64,000 nucleotides of DNA, taken from assembly GCA_038063755.1 (NCBI GenBank), contig JBBTUL010000012.1, positions 572 to 64,571 on the forward strand, given 5' to 3'. Numbering within the stretch: the stretch's first letter is position 1; every line of letters starts with the position of its first letter. Below the pieces are notes generated by a model. The model was given only the letters and a program-made list of their open reading frames with translations, was not told where the DNA came from and did not search any database. Below, in pieces: positions 10,226-19,737 of this stretch. Origin of the DNA: Patescibacteria group bacterium (GTDB lineage Bacteria > Patescibacteriota > Minisyncoccia > UBA6257 > 2-01-FULL-56-20). A program made the position numbers and the translations under genes.

Positions 10226-10245
10226 TAGAACAAAAGAAGGGCAGA

Positions 10246-10443
10246 AAATAAACAGCCCCGAAGTGGGGATGTTCTGCCGATAGGCGGCTCAAAACTGGGG
10301 GCGAATTCCGGTCAGGGAATCAAGTCTCTTCTCGTAGATTGAAAGAGGTTAGAAATATTTCGAGGATGAGTCTCGTCGAGACCAGACCGTCCTTAGAACT
10401 AGAAATAATTCCCGCGCCCCCAGATTTGAACCGAGTATCAACT
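10246..10443 (-). ncRNA. Candidate ~170-200 nt structured ncRNA with own promoter and terminator
   Basis: TTGACA-17-TAAGAT promoter (10478-10450); long terminal stem with G.U pairs on the minus strand; UUCG-containing hairpin plus U-tract downstream. Confidence 0.6.
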
Positions 10444-10513
10444 GAAAGCATCTTATCATAAAGAAATGCAAATGTCAATACCCGGAAGCCGTTAGAAAAT
10501 AAAGACTTTTTAC

Positions 10514-11530
10514 ATGAACAACAATCCCTTGCACGGCCCAGATCCGATCGTTTCAAACGAGGATCAAAGCATGGATTCGGCTCTTCGTCCTCGCGCATGG
10601 GAGGAGTATGTTGGCCAGGGCAAGGCAAAAGAGAATCTAAGAATAATTATTGATGCCGCGCGGAAAAGAGGCGAAGCGATGGATCATGTTCTTTTTTCGG
10701 GTCCTGCGGGGCTCGGGAAGACGACGCTTGCGTACCTTGTTGCTCGCGAACTTGGAGCGAACGTGAGAACAACGTCCGGACCAGCTCTCGAGAAGATGGG
10801 AGACATGGCCGCAATTCTCACCAACCTTGAGCCGCACGAAATATTATTTATTGACGAAGCGCATCGAATCAACAGGCTCATTGAAGAAGTTCTTTATCCC
10901 GCGATGGAGTCGCGCAAATTACACTTGATGATAGGGAAGGGGCCGAGCGCCCGATCGCTTACCATCGATCTTCCGCCGTTTACCCTGATCGCCGCAACAA
11001 CTAGAGAGAATCTTCTGTCCCAGCCGCTTCGTTCTCGTTTCGGAGCGATTTTTCGCCTCGAGTACTACGGTGAAAACGATATCCAAAAAATACTTTCGAG
11101 ATCGTCAGAGATTCTTAAAATAGCCGTTTCGAAAGAGGGAGTTAATGTTCTTGCGAGAGCGTCGAGGTCAACGCCTCGCGTCGCGAACCGAATATTAAAA
11201 CGAGCGAGGGATTTTATGGAGGTTCAAGGGAAAAAAGAAATTGACGAAGGAGTGGCGAAACAGACACTCGATCTCCTCGAGATAGACGAAGTCGGACTCG
11301 AACAGCACGATCGGAAGCTTTTAAACGCAATCATCGAAAAGTTTGGTGGAGGCCCCGTCGGGATTGGAACGCTTGCGGCTGCGCTTTCCGAAGAACGAGG
11401 AGTTATAGAAGACATTTACGAGCCCTACCTTATGAGCTTAGGATTTTTACAAAGGACTCCTTCTGGCCGTGTTGTGCTTCCTGCCGCATACGACCATCTG
11501 GGAACCAAGAGAAAGGGAGGACTTCTTTAG
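10514..11530 (+). CDS. ruvB: Holliday junction branch migration helicase RuvB
   Basis: 'LRPRAWEEYVGQ', 'GPAGLGKTTLA', 'LFIDEAHR', 'PLRSRFG', 'YEPYL'. Confidence 0.98.
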   Translation: MNNNPLHGPDPIVSNEDQSMDSALRPRAWEEYVGQGKAKENLRIIIDAARKRGEAMDHVLFSGPAGLGKTTLAYLVARELGANVRTTSGPALEKMGDMAAILTNLEPHEILFIDEAHRINRLIEEVLYPAMESRKLHLMIGKGPSARSLTIDLPPFTLIAATTRENLLSQPLRSRFGAIFRLEYYGENDIQKILSRSSEILKIAVSKEGVNVLARASRSTPRVANRILKRARDFMEVQGKKEIDEGVAKQTLDLLEIDEVGLEQHDRKLLNAIIEKFGGGPVGIGTLAAALSEERGVIEDIYEPYLMSLGFLQRTPSGRVVLPAAYDHLGTKRKGGLL

Positions 11531-11537
11531 ATCAAGC

Positions 11538-12089
11538 ATGGTCTATATAAGCGAAATCCTCACGAATCCGATCGGAGATGATGCGCGAGGAGAGTGGGTC
11601 GAGATAGGAAACAGCGGGACGGAGGTGGTTTCTCTTGTCGGGTGGAGTCTCACCACAAAAAGCGGGAAAAAAGCCGCGCTTTTTGGAGAGATTGCCCCCG
11701 GGGACCTTCGTGTTTTTTCTCGAAGCGAAACGCGCCTCTCATTTAGAAACACAGACGAGGAGCTTGCGCTCTTTCGTCCGGATGGAACGATGGTGGTCAG
11801 AGCTTCCTTCCCCGGAACATCTATCGAGGGGAAAAGCCTGAATTATGAAAAAAATTTTTTCCTACCAGGAAAGCCGACTCCCGGGAAAGAAAATATTTTA
11901 GCTCTGATTGGCGTGGTTGAGACGCCATATCTTGATGGCGCAAGTCTTGTGCCAAGCAATCTCCATGCTCCTGCAGGAGCGCTCGTTGGGGTCGCCATCT
12001 TGTGCGCTGGCAGCATTCTCTTTATTGTAAAAACAAATGCGGCATTACACCACCTATTCTTCGCGGGAGACAAAAAAACTCGCGAGTGA
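11538..12089 (+). CDS. Lamin-tail-domain (LTD) protein with C-terminal TM
   Basis: 'ISEILTNPIGDDARGEWVEIGN', 'SLVGWSL', 'PTPGKEN'. Confidence 0.75.
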   Translation: MVYISEILTNPIGDDARGEWVEIGNSGTEVVSLVGWSLTTKSGKKAALFGEIAPGDLRVFSRSETRLSFRNTDEELALFRPDGTMVVRASFPGTSIEGKSLNYEKNFFLPGKPTPGKENILALIGVVETPYLDGASLVPSNLHAPAGALVGVAILCAGSILFIVKTNAALHHLFFAGDKKTRE

Positions 12090-12501
12090 GGTCGGAAAAA
12101 AACTTCTCGCGGCGAGAGCGCAACAAGGAGCACGGGTCATCCTGCTTTCGGGCGACCTGGGAAGCGGGAAGACCGTTTTTGTGCAGGGACTGCTCCGCTC
12201 GTTTGGGCTTTCGGGGCGGATAACCAGCCCGACGTTTGTTCTCATGAGGCAGTACAAGATTCCAACCGGAAAGAAGATTGTTTACAATCGTGCGTATCAT
12301 GTCGACGCGTATCGGCTCAACAAAAAAACGCTCCATCATGCTCTAAAGAAAGAGGCCCTACAAGATCCGCGAGCTGTGGTGCTTATCGAGTGGCCGGAGC
12401 ACACCGAGCTTTGGAAAAAGGCAAAAAAGGCGGTTAGGATCACTTTTTCTCACGGGAGAAAAAGAAATGAGCGGAATATCGCAATGCCGAAGTTGTTTTA
12501 G
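12037..12501 (+). CDS. tsaE: tRNA t6A biosynthesis ATPase TsaE
   Basis: 'LSGDLGSGKTVF', 'ITSPTFVL', 'YHVDAYRL', 'LIEWPE'. Confidence 0.95.
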   Translation: MRHYTTYSSRETKKLASEVGKKLLAARAQQGARVILLSGDLGSGKTVFVQGLLRSFGLSGRITSPTFVLMRQYKIPTGKKIVYNRAYHVDAYRLNKKTLHHALKKEALQDPRAVVLIEWPEHTELWKKAKKAVRITFSHGRKRNERNIAMPKLF

Positions 12502-12528
12502 ACGACGTCTGGTATGATGAGAGCGACC

Positions 12529-13434
12529 ATGAAAAAACTTCTTCTCGTAGATGCTCATTCTCTTCTCCATCGAGCGTTTCACGCGATTCCTCCGCTCACG
12601 AGCCCGTCTGGAGAAGTTGTAAATGCACTTTACGGAGTGGCAAAAATTATTACCAAGATACTAAGAGAGGAGGCTCCGGATTACGTTGCCGTTTTAAGAG
12701 ATTTGCCAGAGCCGACATTCAGAAAAAAGGAATACGAAGCATATAAAGCGACGAGGCCAAAAACCGCCGATGAGCTTGTCTCACAGCTAAAGCGAGCTCC
12801 CGAGCTTTTTGACGCATTCGGGATTCGCGTCTTCGAATCCCCCGGGTTTGAGGCCGACGATCTCATTGCGACGCTTGTCCATCAATTCAGAGAGGAGGAT
12901 GTTTCTGTCGTGATCGTGACAAGCGACATGGACGCCCTGCAGCTTGTCTTAGGAGACAAGGTCGTTGTTCTTGCGCCGAAAGGTGGGCTAGGAGAGTTTA
13001 CGGTTTACAACGAAGAAGGGGTGCGAGAGAAGCTCGGTGTTTTTCCGAGACAGGTGGTTGGTTTTAAGTCGCTGGTTGGTGATCAGTCGGACAATGTGAA
13101 GGGCGTCCCAGGAATCGGCCCAAAAACCGCAGCGGAAATTCTTGTAAAATACGAAGACATAGAATCTTTTTTTGAAAAAGGAGGAGAGGAAGAGAAATAC
13201 AAAAAGTTTATGGCCTTCAAGGACGATGCGTTTCGTGCAAAATACCTTGTTGAGCTTCGAAAGGACGCGCCGATTTCTTCAAGGCCAGAGGAGCTTTTGT
13301 ATAGAGGACACACCGAGAGAGAAAAAGAATATTTTGAAGAAATGGGCTTCAAGAGCCTTCTTAGGGAGGGTGGGACCTCCGAAAAAGCAAAGAAAGATGC
13401 CGTAAGGACCGCAAAAGCACAGAAACTGTTCTGA
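12529..13434 (+). CDS. Stand-alone 5'-3' exonuclease/flap endonuclease (PolA N-terminal-like)
   Basis: 'LLVDAHSLLHRAFHA', 'YKATR', 'FEADDLIAT', 'GDQSDNVKGVPGIGPKTA'; no polymerase domain. Confidence 0.92.
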   Translation: MKKLLLVDAHSLLHRAFHAIPPLTSPSGEVVNALYGVAKIITKILREEAPDYVAVLRDLPEPTFRKKEYEAYKATRPKTADELVSQLKRAPELFDAFGIRVFESPGFEADDLIATLVHQFREEDVSVVIVTSDMDALQLVLGDKVVVLAPKGGLGEFTVYNEEGVREKLGVFPRQVVGFKSLVGDQSDNVKGVPGIGPKTAAEILVKYEDIESFFEKGGEEEKYKKFMAFKDDAFRAKYLVELRKDAPISSRPEELLYRGHTEREKEYFEEMGFKSLLREGGTSEKAKKDAVRTAKAQKLF

Positions 13435-13471
13435 TTTCTATACCGGCGCGAGTGCTGGTATACTTATCCAT

Positions 13472-15049
13472 ATGTCATCCTCTCCCGCGGGCGATCTGGG
13501 CGATCGCTATTGGGCCCTCCGACTCAAAAAGGAGCCGAAAGAGATTCCGCGCATCCACGTAGATGAGGTAGCCTCACAAGTTTCCTCTTTTTACGAAAGA
13601 GCGAGAAATATTATTGATTACCAAGAAGAGCATCTTTTAAGGAAGCATTTTATTGCGCGAACGCTTCGCAGGCGTCTTGCTTTGCAAAAGAAACAAGACG
13701 CAGCAGAGCCGCTCGTAAAAGACATTGTTCGCGCCGGACATCTTTCAAACGATGCCGTTCCGGAGACAAAGATAGCGGAAGTTCAGCGGATTATAAACGC
13801 GTATAGGAGCATCGGAAGAGCGCTAAAAGACAAGGAGGAGATGTCGCGCGAAATGGGAGAGTGGGTTTTCAAAATTACCGCAAGCGCAATAGAAGAGTGT
13901 TTGTTTCCGCCAGCCGCAGACGAGCTTATTGCGGAATTTATGTTTGCGAGCCTAAGAGAGGGTCTTACGGTTCACCACAAAGACAGTATGTCGGACGACG
14001 AGGTTAGCGTACAGCTTTTTATTGCCGTACAGAAGGCGCTTCTTCGGGTTGATGCTGATCAGCTACAATATCGTCTTCTTGGATTTATTTATCCCGACTG
14101 GGTTGAGGCGGCTGACTCCGAAAAGGGAGCAGAGGTTGCATCGTCGCTGCCGAAGGTAAAGAAAATGATGAAAAATTACATCCAGAACCAGCTCGGAGCT
14201 CCTTTTCTCGCGCTTGCGAATAGATACAATACCGTTTTCCATCTTATTGGAGACGTCATGGCCTCTTCGGAAAGCCAAGAAGATCTTGCGCGAGCGCTAC
14301 GCGACCCACAAGAGCTTGAGCCGAGGGTGAAGATCGCGTATCAGAAGCGATTTAGCAAGGAAAAACGAAGGTTAAGGAAGTTCGCCTTGCTATCGGTTAT
14401 TTCCTTTTTTATATCAAAGATCGCGGTTGCTCTTGCGGTCGAGATACCGCTCGAAAAGTATTTTACAAGTTCATTTTCAGCGACGACGACGGCAATCAAC
14501 ATTCTTTTCCCTCCCCTGCTCATGTTTGTGATAGTTCTCTTCGTTCGTATGCCGCCACAGAAAAACAGACTATTAGTATTTGAAGAAATTAAAAAAGTTT
14601 TGTTCGGGGAAGGACAGACGTACGAGGTGGTTATGCCGAGGGCTCGGCTCGGAATCGGAGGAGCCGTAGTCCGCCTGTTTTACGCGGGACTTTTCGTGGC
14701 GTTGATGTTCGCAGTTTCTCGCGCTCTTTTTTCCGCCGGCTTCAATATTCCAAATATTATTATTTTCGTGATATTCACGTCGCTCGTTGCCGCAACGGGA
14801 GTAAGGGTTCACAATCGAGCGAGCGAGCTCAGCTTGAGAGAGAAAAAGCCAACAATCATTTCTTTTCTTTGGGACATTGTCGTAATGCCGTTTGTCACCA
14901 TCGGAACATGGATCATCAGGGCGCTCGCGCGGTTTAACGTTGTCGTTTTCTTGTTTAACATGCTCATTGACTTCCCGCTTCAGATTTTTGTCGAGTTTAT
15001 AGAAAACTTCCGCGACTTTATCCGAGGAAAGAAAGACGCAATGAGATAA
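13472..15049 (+). CDS. Hypothetical membrane protein (N-terminal helical domain, C-terminal multi-TM)
   Basis: 525-aa ORF, several hydrophobic segments after aa ~300, co-oriented with the kinase gene. Confidence 0.75.
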   Translation: MSSSPAGDLGDRYWALRLKKEPKEIPRIHVDEVASQVSSFYERARNIIDYQEEHLLRKHFIARTLRRRLALQKKQDAAEPLVKDIVRAGHLSNDAVPETKIAEVQRIINAYRSIGRALKDKEEMSREMGEWVFKITASAIEECLFPPAADELIAEFMFASLREGLTVHHKDSMSDDEVSVQLFIAVQKALLRVDADQLQYRLLGFIYPDWVEAADSEKGAEVASSLPKVKKMMKNYIQNQLGAPFLALANRYNTVFHLIGDVMASSESQEDLARALRDPQELEPRVKIAYQKRFSKEKRRLRKFALLSVISFFISKIAVALAVEIPLEKYFTSSFSATTTAINILFPPLLMFVIVLFVRMPPQKNRLLVFEEIKKVLFGEGQTYEVVMPRARLGIGGAVVRLFYAGLFVALMFAVSRALFSAGFNIPNIIIFVIFTSLVAATGVRVHNRASELSLREKKPTIISFLWDIVVMPFVTIGTWIIRALARFNVVVFLFNMLIDFPLQIFVEFIENFRDFIRGKKDAMR

Positions 15050-15053
15050 TCGT

Positions 15054-16361
15054 ATGAGTAAGAAAACAAACAAAATTATTTTCTTTGTTATAACCGCCCT
15101 TGCGCTTATTCTTGTGGCCGGGCTCTGCCTGTTCTATGCCCCGTGGTACTTTGCGGCTCCGGCGGTTACAGCGCTCTTCTTGGTTACGATTCTCCTCGGA
15201 AAAAGACCGCCAGGAGGGCCGAATGAACAGCCAATATATTCCGCGGAGGCGGGCAGCGAAAAAGACCAATTCAAAAGCATCATCTCGGCAATAGAAGATG
15301 GGCTTGTCGTTTACAACAAAGACTTCACGATTCTGTTTTTTAACTCTGCCGCAGAAAGACTCTTCGGAATTCAGCAGAAAGAGGTTGTTGGGAAAAAGAT
15401 AGAGCCTCAGAACGTTGAAACACAAGGCCTAAAACGCCTTGTACAGGTCCTGTTTCCGACGCTTGCTCCGACCATGACTCCTCGCTCAAAAGCGGGTGAG
15501 TACCCTCAGATCGTAGACCTTTCATTCGACGCCCCCTATCTCGAGCTTCGAACGATAACGTCTCCCGTGTCAGATGGCGCCGGAGGGCTTTCCGGATTTA
15601 TGAAGATCGTGCGAGATCGAACGCGAGAGGCTTCGCTCGTGAAGTCAAAAAATGAATTCATCACCGTCGCGTCGCACCAGCTTCGCACCCCGATCACCAA
15701 CGTCGGATGGACGCTTGAATCGCTTGCAGGAAATAGTGCGCTTGATGCGACAACGAAAACGCTCGTTGAGAATGCCCTGGTTTCTGTAAAACAGCTTCGA
15801 GGAGTAGTCGAAGATCTTCTAAATATTTCAAAAATAGAAGAAGGCAGGTTCGGTTATCAGTTTGAAGAAATGTCTCTCTCGGCGTTTCTCGAAAAGATAT
15901 TAGCAGAGGCGCTTCCGCAGGCGCGCCGAGTTGGTATTGCTCTTTATTTTGACAAACCACCGGAAGAGCTTTCGAAGGTGCGCATAGACCCAAATAAACT
16001 TTCGATGGCGGTTTCAAACTTTCTCGACAATGCAATCCGGTACAACACACAAAGCGGGAAGGTGACGGTTGAAATCAAAAATGAAGCGCCGTTTTTAAAG
16101 GTTTCCATAAAAGATACCGGCATTGGGATTCCGAAAGAAGACCTGCAGAAGCTTTTCACCAGATTTTTCAGAGCGGGAAATGCGGTAAAATCCGCAGCCG
16201 ACGGATCGGGACTGGGACTCTATATCGCACAAAACATCATTCATGCTCATGGAGGAAAGGTGTGGGTAGAATCCGAGCTTGGCCGAGGAACAACGTTTTA
16301 TTTCACCATACCGACAGATCCCTCCCTCATTCCACCCAAAGAGGTTCCGCTTGAGTTTTAG
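15054..16361 (+). CDS. Membrane sensor histidine kinase (2 TM, PAS, HisKA, HATPase)
   Basis: 'ASHQLRTP' H-box, 'NFLDNAIRY', 'DTGIGI', 'GSGLGLYI'. Confidence 0.93.
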   Translation: MSKKTNKIIFFVITALALILVAGLCLFYAPWYFAAPAVTALFLVTILLGKRPPGGPNEQPIYSAEAGSEKDQFKSIISAIEDGLVVYNKDFTILFFNSAAERLFGIQQKEVVGKKIEPQNVETQGLKRLVQVLFPTLAPTMTPRSKAGEYPQIVDLSFDAPYLELRTITSPVSDGAGGLSGFMKIVRDRTREASLVKSKNEFITVASHQLRTPITNVGWTLESLAGNSALDATTKTLVENALVSVKQLRGVVEDLLNISKIEEGRFGYQFEEMSLSAFLEKILAEALPQARRVGIALYFDKPPEELSKVRIDPNKLSMAVSNFLDNAIRYNTQSGKVTVEIKNEAPFLKVSIKDTGIGIPKEDLQKLFTRFFRAGNAVKSAADGSGLGLYIAQNIIHAHGGKVWVESELGRGTTFYFTIPTDPSLIPPKEVPLEF

Positions 16362-16363
16362 TT

Positions 16364-17143
16364 ATGATCATTTTTCTTTCCGGTCCAGACGACTATCGTC
16401 GATGCGAGAGGCGACGGTTTTACGAGGAAGAGTTCTCAAGGAAATATCCCGCTGCTCCAATCGAGAGATTCGACGGGGAAGAAGAGGGCGAGGTGGAGCG
16501 CCTGAGAGAGTTTCTTCGCGGACAGTCTTTGTTTGCTTTAGAGAAAATGGCGGTTCTCTCCGACGGGTTTGCTTTTGCGAAGGAGCTGAAGAAGATTTTG
16601 ATCTCAGTCCAAGAAGGAAAAAAAAGCGTTGTTCTTATAACGAGCAAGGACGGTGCTCCTAAAAGTATGAGTTTTCTCGAGGAAGAGCCGACGCTTTTTA
16701 AAGAGTTTTCGCATCTTGCGGGACAGGCATGGGTTGCCTTTATCAAAAAAACAGCAGCCGAGGAGCGTGTTCAGATCGACCCCGGCGCGGTAAGGCTCCT
16801 TTCCCGCGCCTACGAAAAAGATTCCTGGGGGCTCGTAACAGAGCTAAGAAAGCTGGCGTTCGTTCCCGGGGGAAACATATCTCTCGAAAAAGCGGAAAGT
16901 CTTGGAATTGAAGAAACACCTTTTTTCTGGGGCGTTATTCAGGGACTTAAGGGGCAAAGCACGAAAACAAGACTCTCTTCGCTCGAGACGCTTCTTTCGA
17001 AAGGAGAACCGCCCGCGAAGCTGTTTAACATGCTCGCATCGCTTTGGGTACAAAAAATGCCGTTTTTCGCAAAAAACGACATTCTTATTAAGAACGGGAA
17101 GCTTGATTACGAAGAAGCCTTGCTGGATCTTGTTACCAGCTGA
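16364..17143 (+). CDS. holA: DNA polymerase III delta subunit (divergent)
   Basis: 'MIIFLSGPDDYR', 'SLFA', 'ELRKL', 'DILIKNGKLD'; adjacent to rpsT as in many bacteria. Confidence 0.75.
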   Translation: MIIFLSGPDDYRRCERRRFYEEEFSRKYPAAPIERFDGEEEGEVERLREFLRGQSLFALEKMAVLSDGFAFAKELKKILISVQEGKKSVVLITSKDGAPKSMSFLEEEPTLFKEFSHLAGQAWVAFIKKTAAEERVQIDPGAVRLLSRAYEKDSWGLVTELRKLAFVPGGNISLEKAESLGIEETPFFWGVIQGLKGQSTKTRLSSLETLLSKGEPPAKLFNMLASLWVQKMPFFAKNDILIKNGKLDYEEALLDLVTS

Positions 17144-17382
17144 GCTAGCCGCGATTTTAGGCGGCTTGCCTTGTTTTTTGCAATAGTGTTTCCTTTCGCG
17201 GCCTTGTCAAGAGCTTTATTTGCGGCAGAAAGGAGCTTTTTGATCTCCTCCTCTTTTTTTAACGAGATGCTTGATCGAAGAGTTTTTACTGCGGACTTGT
17301 AAGAGTCTTTTCGGGCGTCATTTCGCTCTTTCCGGCGAGCGTTTTGGCGAAGCGCTTTCTTGGCGGATGAAGTAATTGGCAT
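17107..17382 (-). CDS. rpsT: 30S ribosomal protein S20
   Basis: 'MPITSSAKKALRQ', 'LDKAAK..I.KNKASRLKSRL'. Confidence 0.95.
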   Translation of the reverse strand: MPITSSAKKALRQNARRKERNDARKDSYKSAVKTLRSSISLKKEEEIKKLLSAANKALDKAAKGNTIAKNKASRLKSRLAQLVTRSSKASS

Positions 17383-17485
17383 GTTCTTTTGTGAAAAAAG
17401 TATATCGCACTCCCAAAAAATAACAAGACCCCCGCAGGAAGCCGCGTGATGGGCAGGGAAGCCTTCGGGGCGTATAATGTAGAAA

Positions 17486-18082
17486 ATGATACATTTCGTA
17501 TCGGGAACCATCCAAGAGAAAAACGAAGATAAGGTTGTGGTCGAGGTGGGGGGGGTGGGCTTGATGCTTACGACAACCTCGACTACGGCAAAGCGTCTCC
17601 CCCGGGTAGGGGAAAAGGCTTTTCTTTTTTCATACCTTCACGTAAAAGAAGACGCGCTTGATCTTTATGGATTCAGCGACGCGGAAGAAAGATCTTTCTT
17701 TGAACTCCTTTTAACCGTCTCCGGAGTCGGTCCTCGATCGGCGCTCGCGGTTCTTGAGGTTGCACATCTCGCCAAGCTCAAAGCGGCCATTGTTGAAGGA
17801 AGGGCAGACCTTCTGACTCAAGCATCCGGAGTTGGAAAAAAGATTGCAGAGCGCATTGTTCTCGAGCTTAAGGCGAAGGTAAGATCGCTACACCCCGACT
17901 CGACTATCGTGGAGATGGAGGGAGATTCGGACATCGTCGAGGCGCTTACCGGTCTTGGTTATAAAAAAGAAACCGTACGGGAAATCGTTGCAGGTCTTCC
18001 GGGGGGGCTTCACGGGTTTGATGTTCGCCTAAAAAGCGCACTCAAGACACTCGGCGGCGGAAAGAAAAAAAATGACGCTTGA
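17486..18082 (+). CDS. ruvA: Holliday junction DNA-binding protein RuvA
   Basis: 'VGGVG', 'HVKEDALDLYGF', 'VSGVGPRSAL', 'GVGKKIAERIVLELK'. Confidence 0.97.
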   Translation: MIHFVSGTIQEKNEDKVVVEVGGVGLMLTTTSTTAKRLPRVGEKAFLFSYLHVKEDALDLYGFSDAEERSFFELLLTVSGVGPRSALAVLEVAHLAKLKAAIVEGRADLLTQASGVGKKIAERIVLELKAKVRSLHPDSTIVEMEGDSDIVEALTGLGYKKETVREIVAGLPGGLHGFDVRLKSALKTLGGGKKKNDA

Positions 18083-19307
18083 GGCCATAAAAAAAATCAG
18101 AGCTATCCGATATGTTTCTCAGGTCTCGATACTCAACAAAACATATCATTTACTATTAGCCCTTTTCGGGGCTATGTGGTTTCGTTTTCCCTCCCGAGAC
18201 GTCGCGGTTGTCGGGATTACGGGGACAAAGGGGAAGAGCACAACCCTGGAGCTTCTTTCGGCTATGCTTGAAGCCGGAGGAAAAAAAACAGCCCTTCTTT
18301 CTTCGATAAGGGTAAAAATCGGAGACGACTCCGAGAAAAACCTTACCGGAAACAGCATGCCTGGACGGTTCGCGATCCAAAGATTCTTAAGAAGGGCTGT
18401 GGCGGCCGGATGCGATGCGGCGCTCATCGAGGTTACATCTCAAGGCACTTCTTCCTTCAGGCATCGGTGGATTGATTGGCGGGATGCGCTTATTACCAAT
18501 ATTGCTCCCGAGCATATCGAAGCGCATGGATCGTTTGAAAACTATCGCGCCGCGAAGCTTTTATTTTTAAAATATGCCGCAAAAAAAGGCGCGGGAATAT
18601 TTTTAAATAGCGATGACGGAGCCTCGGCGTATTTTAAAGAAGCGCTTGTGCGGGGTGGAGAGATTGCGGAATACTCCGTATCTCACCTTGTGAAAATTCC
18701 TCACGAAACGGAAAGCGTTCTTCCCGGAAAATTCAATAAAGAAAATATTGCGGCAGCTGTCGCGATCGCAAAGAAATATGGCGTAGGCGACAACGCGATA
18801 TACGAAGGACTCGCCCGTTTTCGCGGGATTCCCGGGAGAGTCGAGTTTGTCGCACGCGAACCATTTTCGGTTATTGTCGATTACGCACACACACCCGACT
18901 CCCTTCAAGCGATCTATAGAACCGTACGACCAGCAGGACACAAGCTTGTATGTGTTCTTGGATCGTGCGGGGGAGGAAGGGATAAGTGGAAGCGACCTGT
19001 GCTCGGAGAAATAGCCGCAGAAAACTGCGATCATGTTATCTTAACCAACGAAGACCCCTACGATGAAAACCCGGAAGACGTTGTAAGCGCGATCGCCGAA
19101 GGGATGCGAAAGAAGAAAGCAGCATCTTTCGAGGTCTTAATTGATCGCGCGGAAGCTCTTAAAAAAGCGATTTCTCTGGCTCAAGCGGGAGATGTTGTTC
19201 TCGCGACAGGGAAAGGAAGCGAGCCGTATATGCATTTTGCCCGCGGAAAGAAGATTCCCTGGAGCGATCAGGAAATACTCAAAAAAGCGCTTCACGAAAA
19301 AAACTAA
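18072..19307 (+). CDS. murE: UDP-MurNAc-tripeptide synthetase (MurE family)
   Basis: 'VGITGTKGKST', 'IEVTSQG', 'EHIEAHGSFENY', 'VDYAHTPD', 'GKGSE'. Confidence 0.88.
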   Translation: MTLEAIKKIRAIRYVSQVSILNKTYHLLLALFGAMWFRFPSRDVAVVGITGTKGKSTTLELLSAMLEAGGKKTALLSSIRVKIGDDSEKNLTGNSMPGRFAIQRFLRRAVAAGCDAALIEVTSQGTSSFRHRWIDWRDALITNIAPEHIEAHGSFENYRAAKLLFLKYAAKKGAGIFLNSDDGASAYFKEALVRGGEIAEYSVSHLVKIPHETESVLPGKFNKENIAAAVAIAKKYGVGDNAIYEGLARFRGIPGRVEFVAREPFSVIVDYAHTPDSLQAIYRTVRPAGHKLVCVLGSCGGGRDKWKRPVLGEIAAENCDHVILTNEDPYDENPEDVVSAIAEGMRKKKAASFEVLIDRAEALKKAISLAQAGDVVLATGKGSEPYMHFARGKKIPWSDQEILKKALHEKN

Positions 19308-19329
19308 AGGCCCGGACGTATCCGGGTTA

Positions 19330-19638
19330 TTACTTGCCGCGCCGAAGCGCATTATTGATGTAGTCCGATTTTTCTTGTGGCTCGATTCGGTCGAAAGGCT
19401 TATTGCTCGCACGATCCGGACAGGAGCGAAGCGCTTCCTTCGCGAGGTCGCAGACCCGTTCCCAGTCAGGCTGAGAAACAAAAGACGGCTTTGAGTTTTC
19501 CGCGAGATTCTCGTTTCGCTTAAAAACAGTTAATCGACCCAGCTTATCAAGGCCGAATTGAAAAATAGCTCCACGCACAGACGCGGTGACCGCCGGCCAT
19601 CCGACTCGAATGATTCTCACTGGAGGCTTTCGCGACAT
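19330..19638 (-). CDS. Hypothetical protein (102 aa ORFan)
   Basis: TTGCAA..TAGAAT promoter, AGGGAG RBS, downstream hairpin CCCGGA-TACG-TCCGGG. Confidence 0.55.
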   Translation of the reverse strand: MSRKPPVRIIRVGWPAVTASVRGAIFQFGLDKLGRLTVFKRNENLAENSKPSFVSQPDWERVCDLAKEALRSCPDRASNKPFDRIEPQEKSDYINNALRRGK

Positions 19639-19737
19639 CTTGCTCCCTGACAAACAACAGATGCTGCCGCCATTCTATTCTAAAACGAAGAATCATTGCA
19701 AGGCCCACCACGCCAACTTTCCTGTATAATAAGTGAT

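Noticed and set aside
17107-17143. Convergent holA/rpsT overlap
   Set aside because: Short 3' overlap in a common gene arrangement; unremarkable in a compact genome.
19308-19690. tmRNA or RNase P RNA in the murE-MBL gap
   Set aside because: No tRNA-like ends or GAGGAAAGUCC motif; a minus-strand ORF with promoter, RBS and terminator explains the gap.
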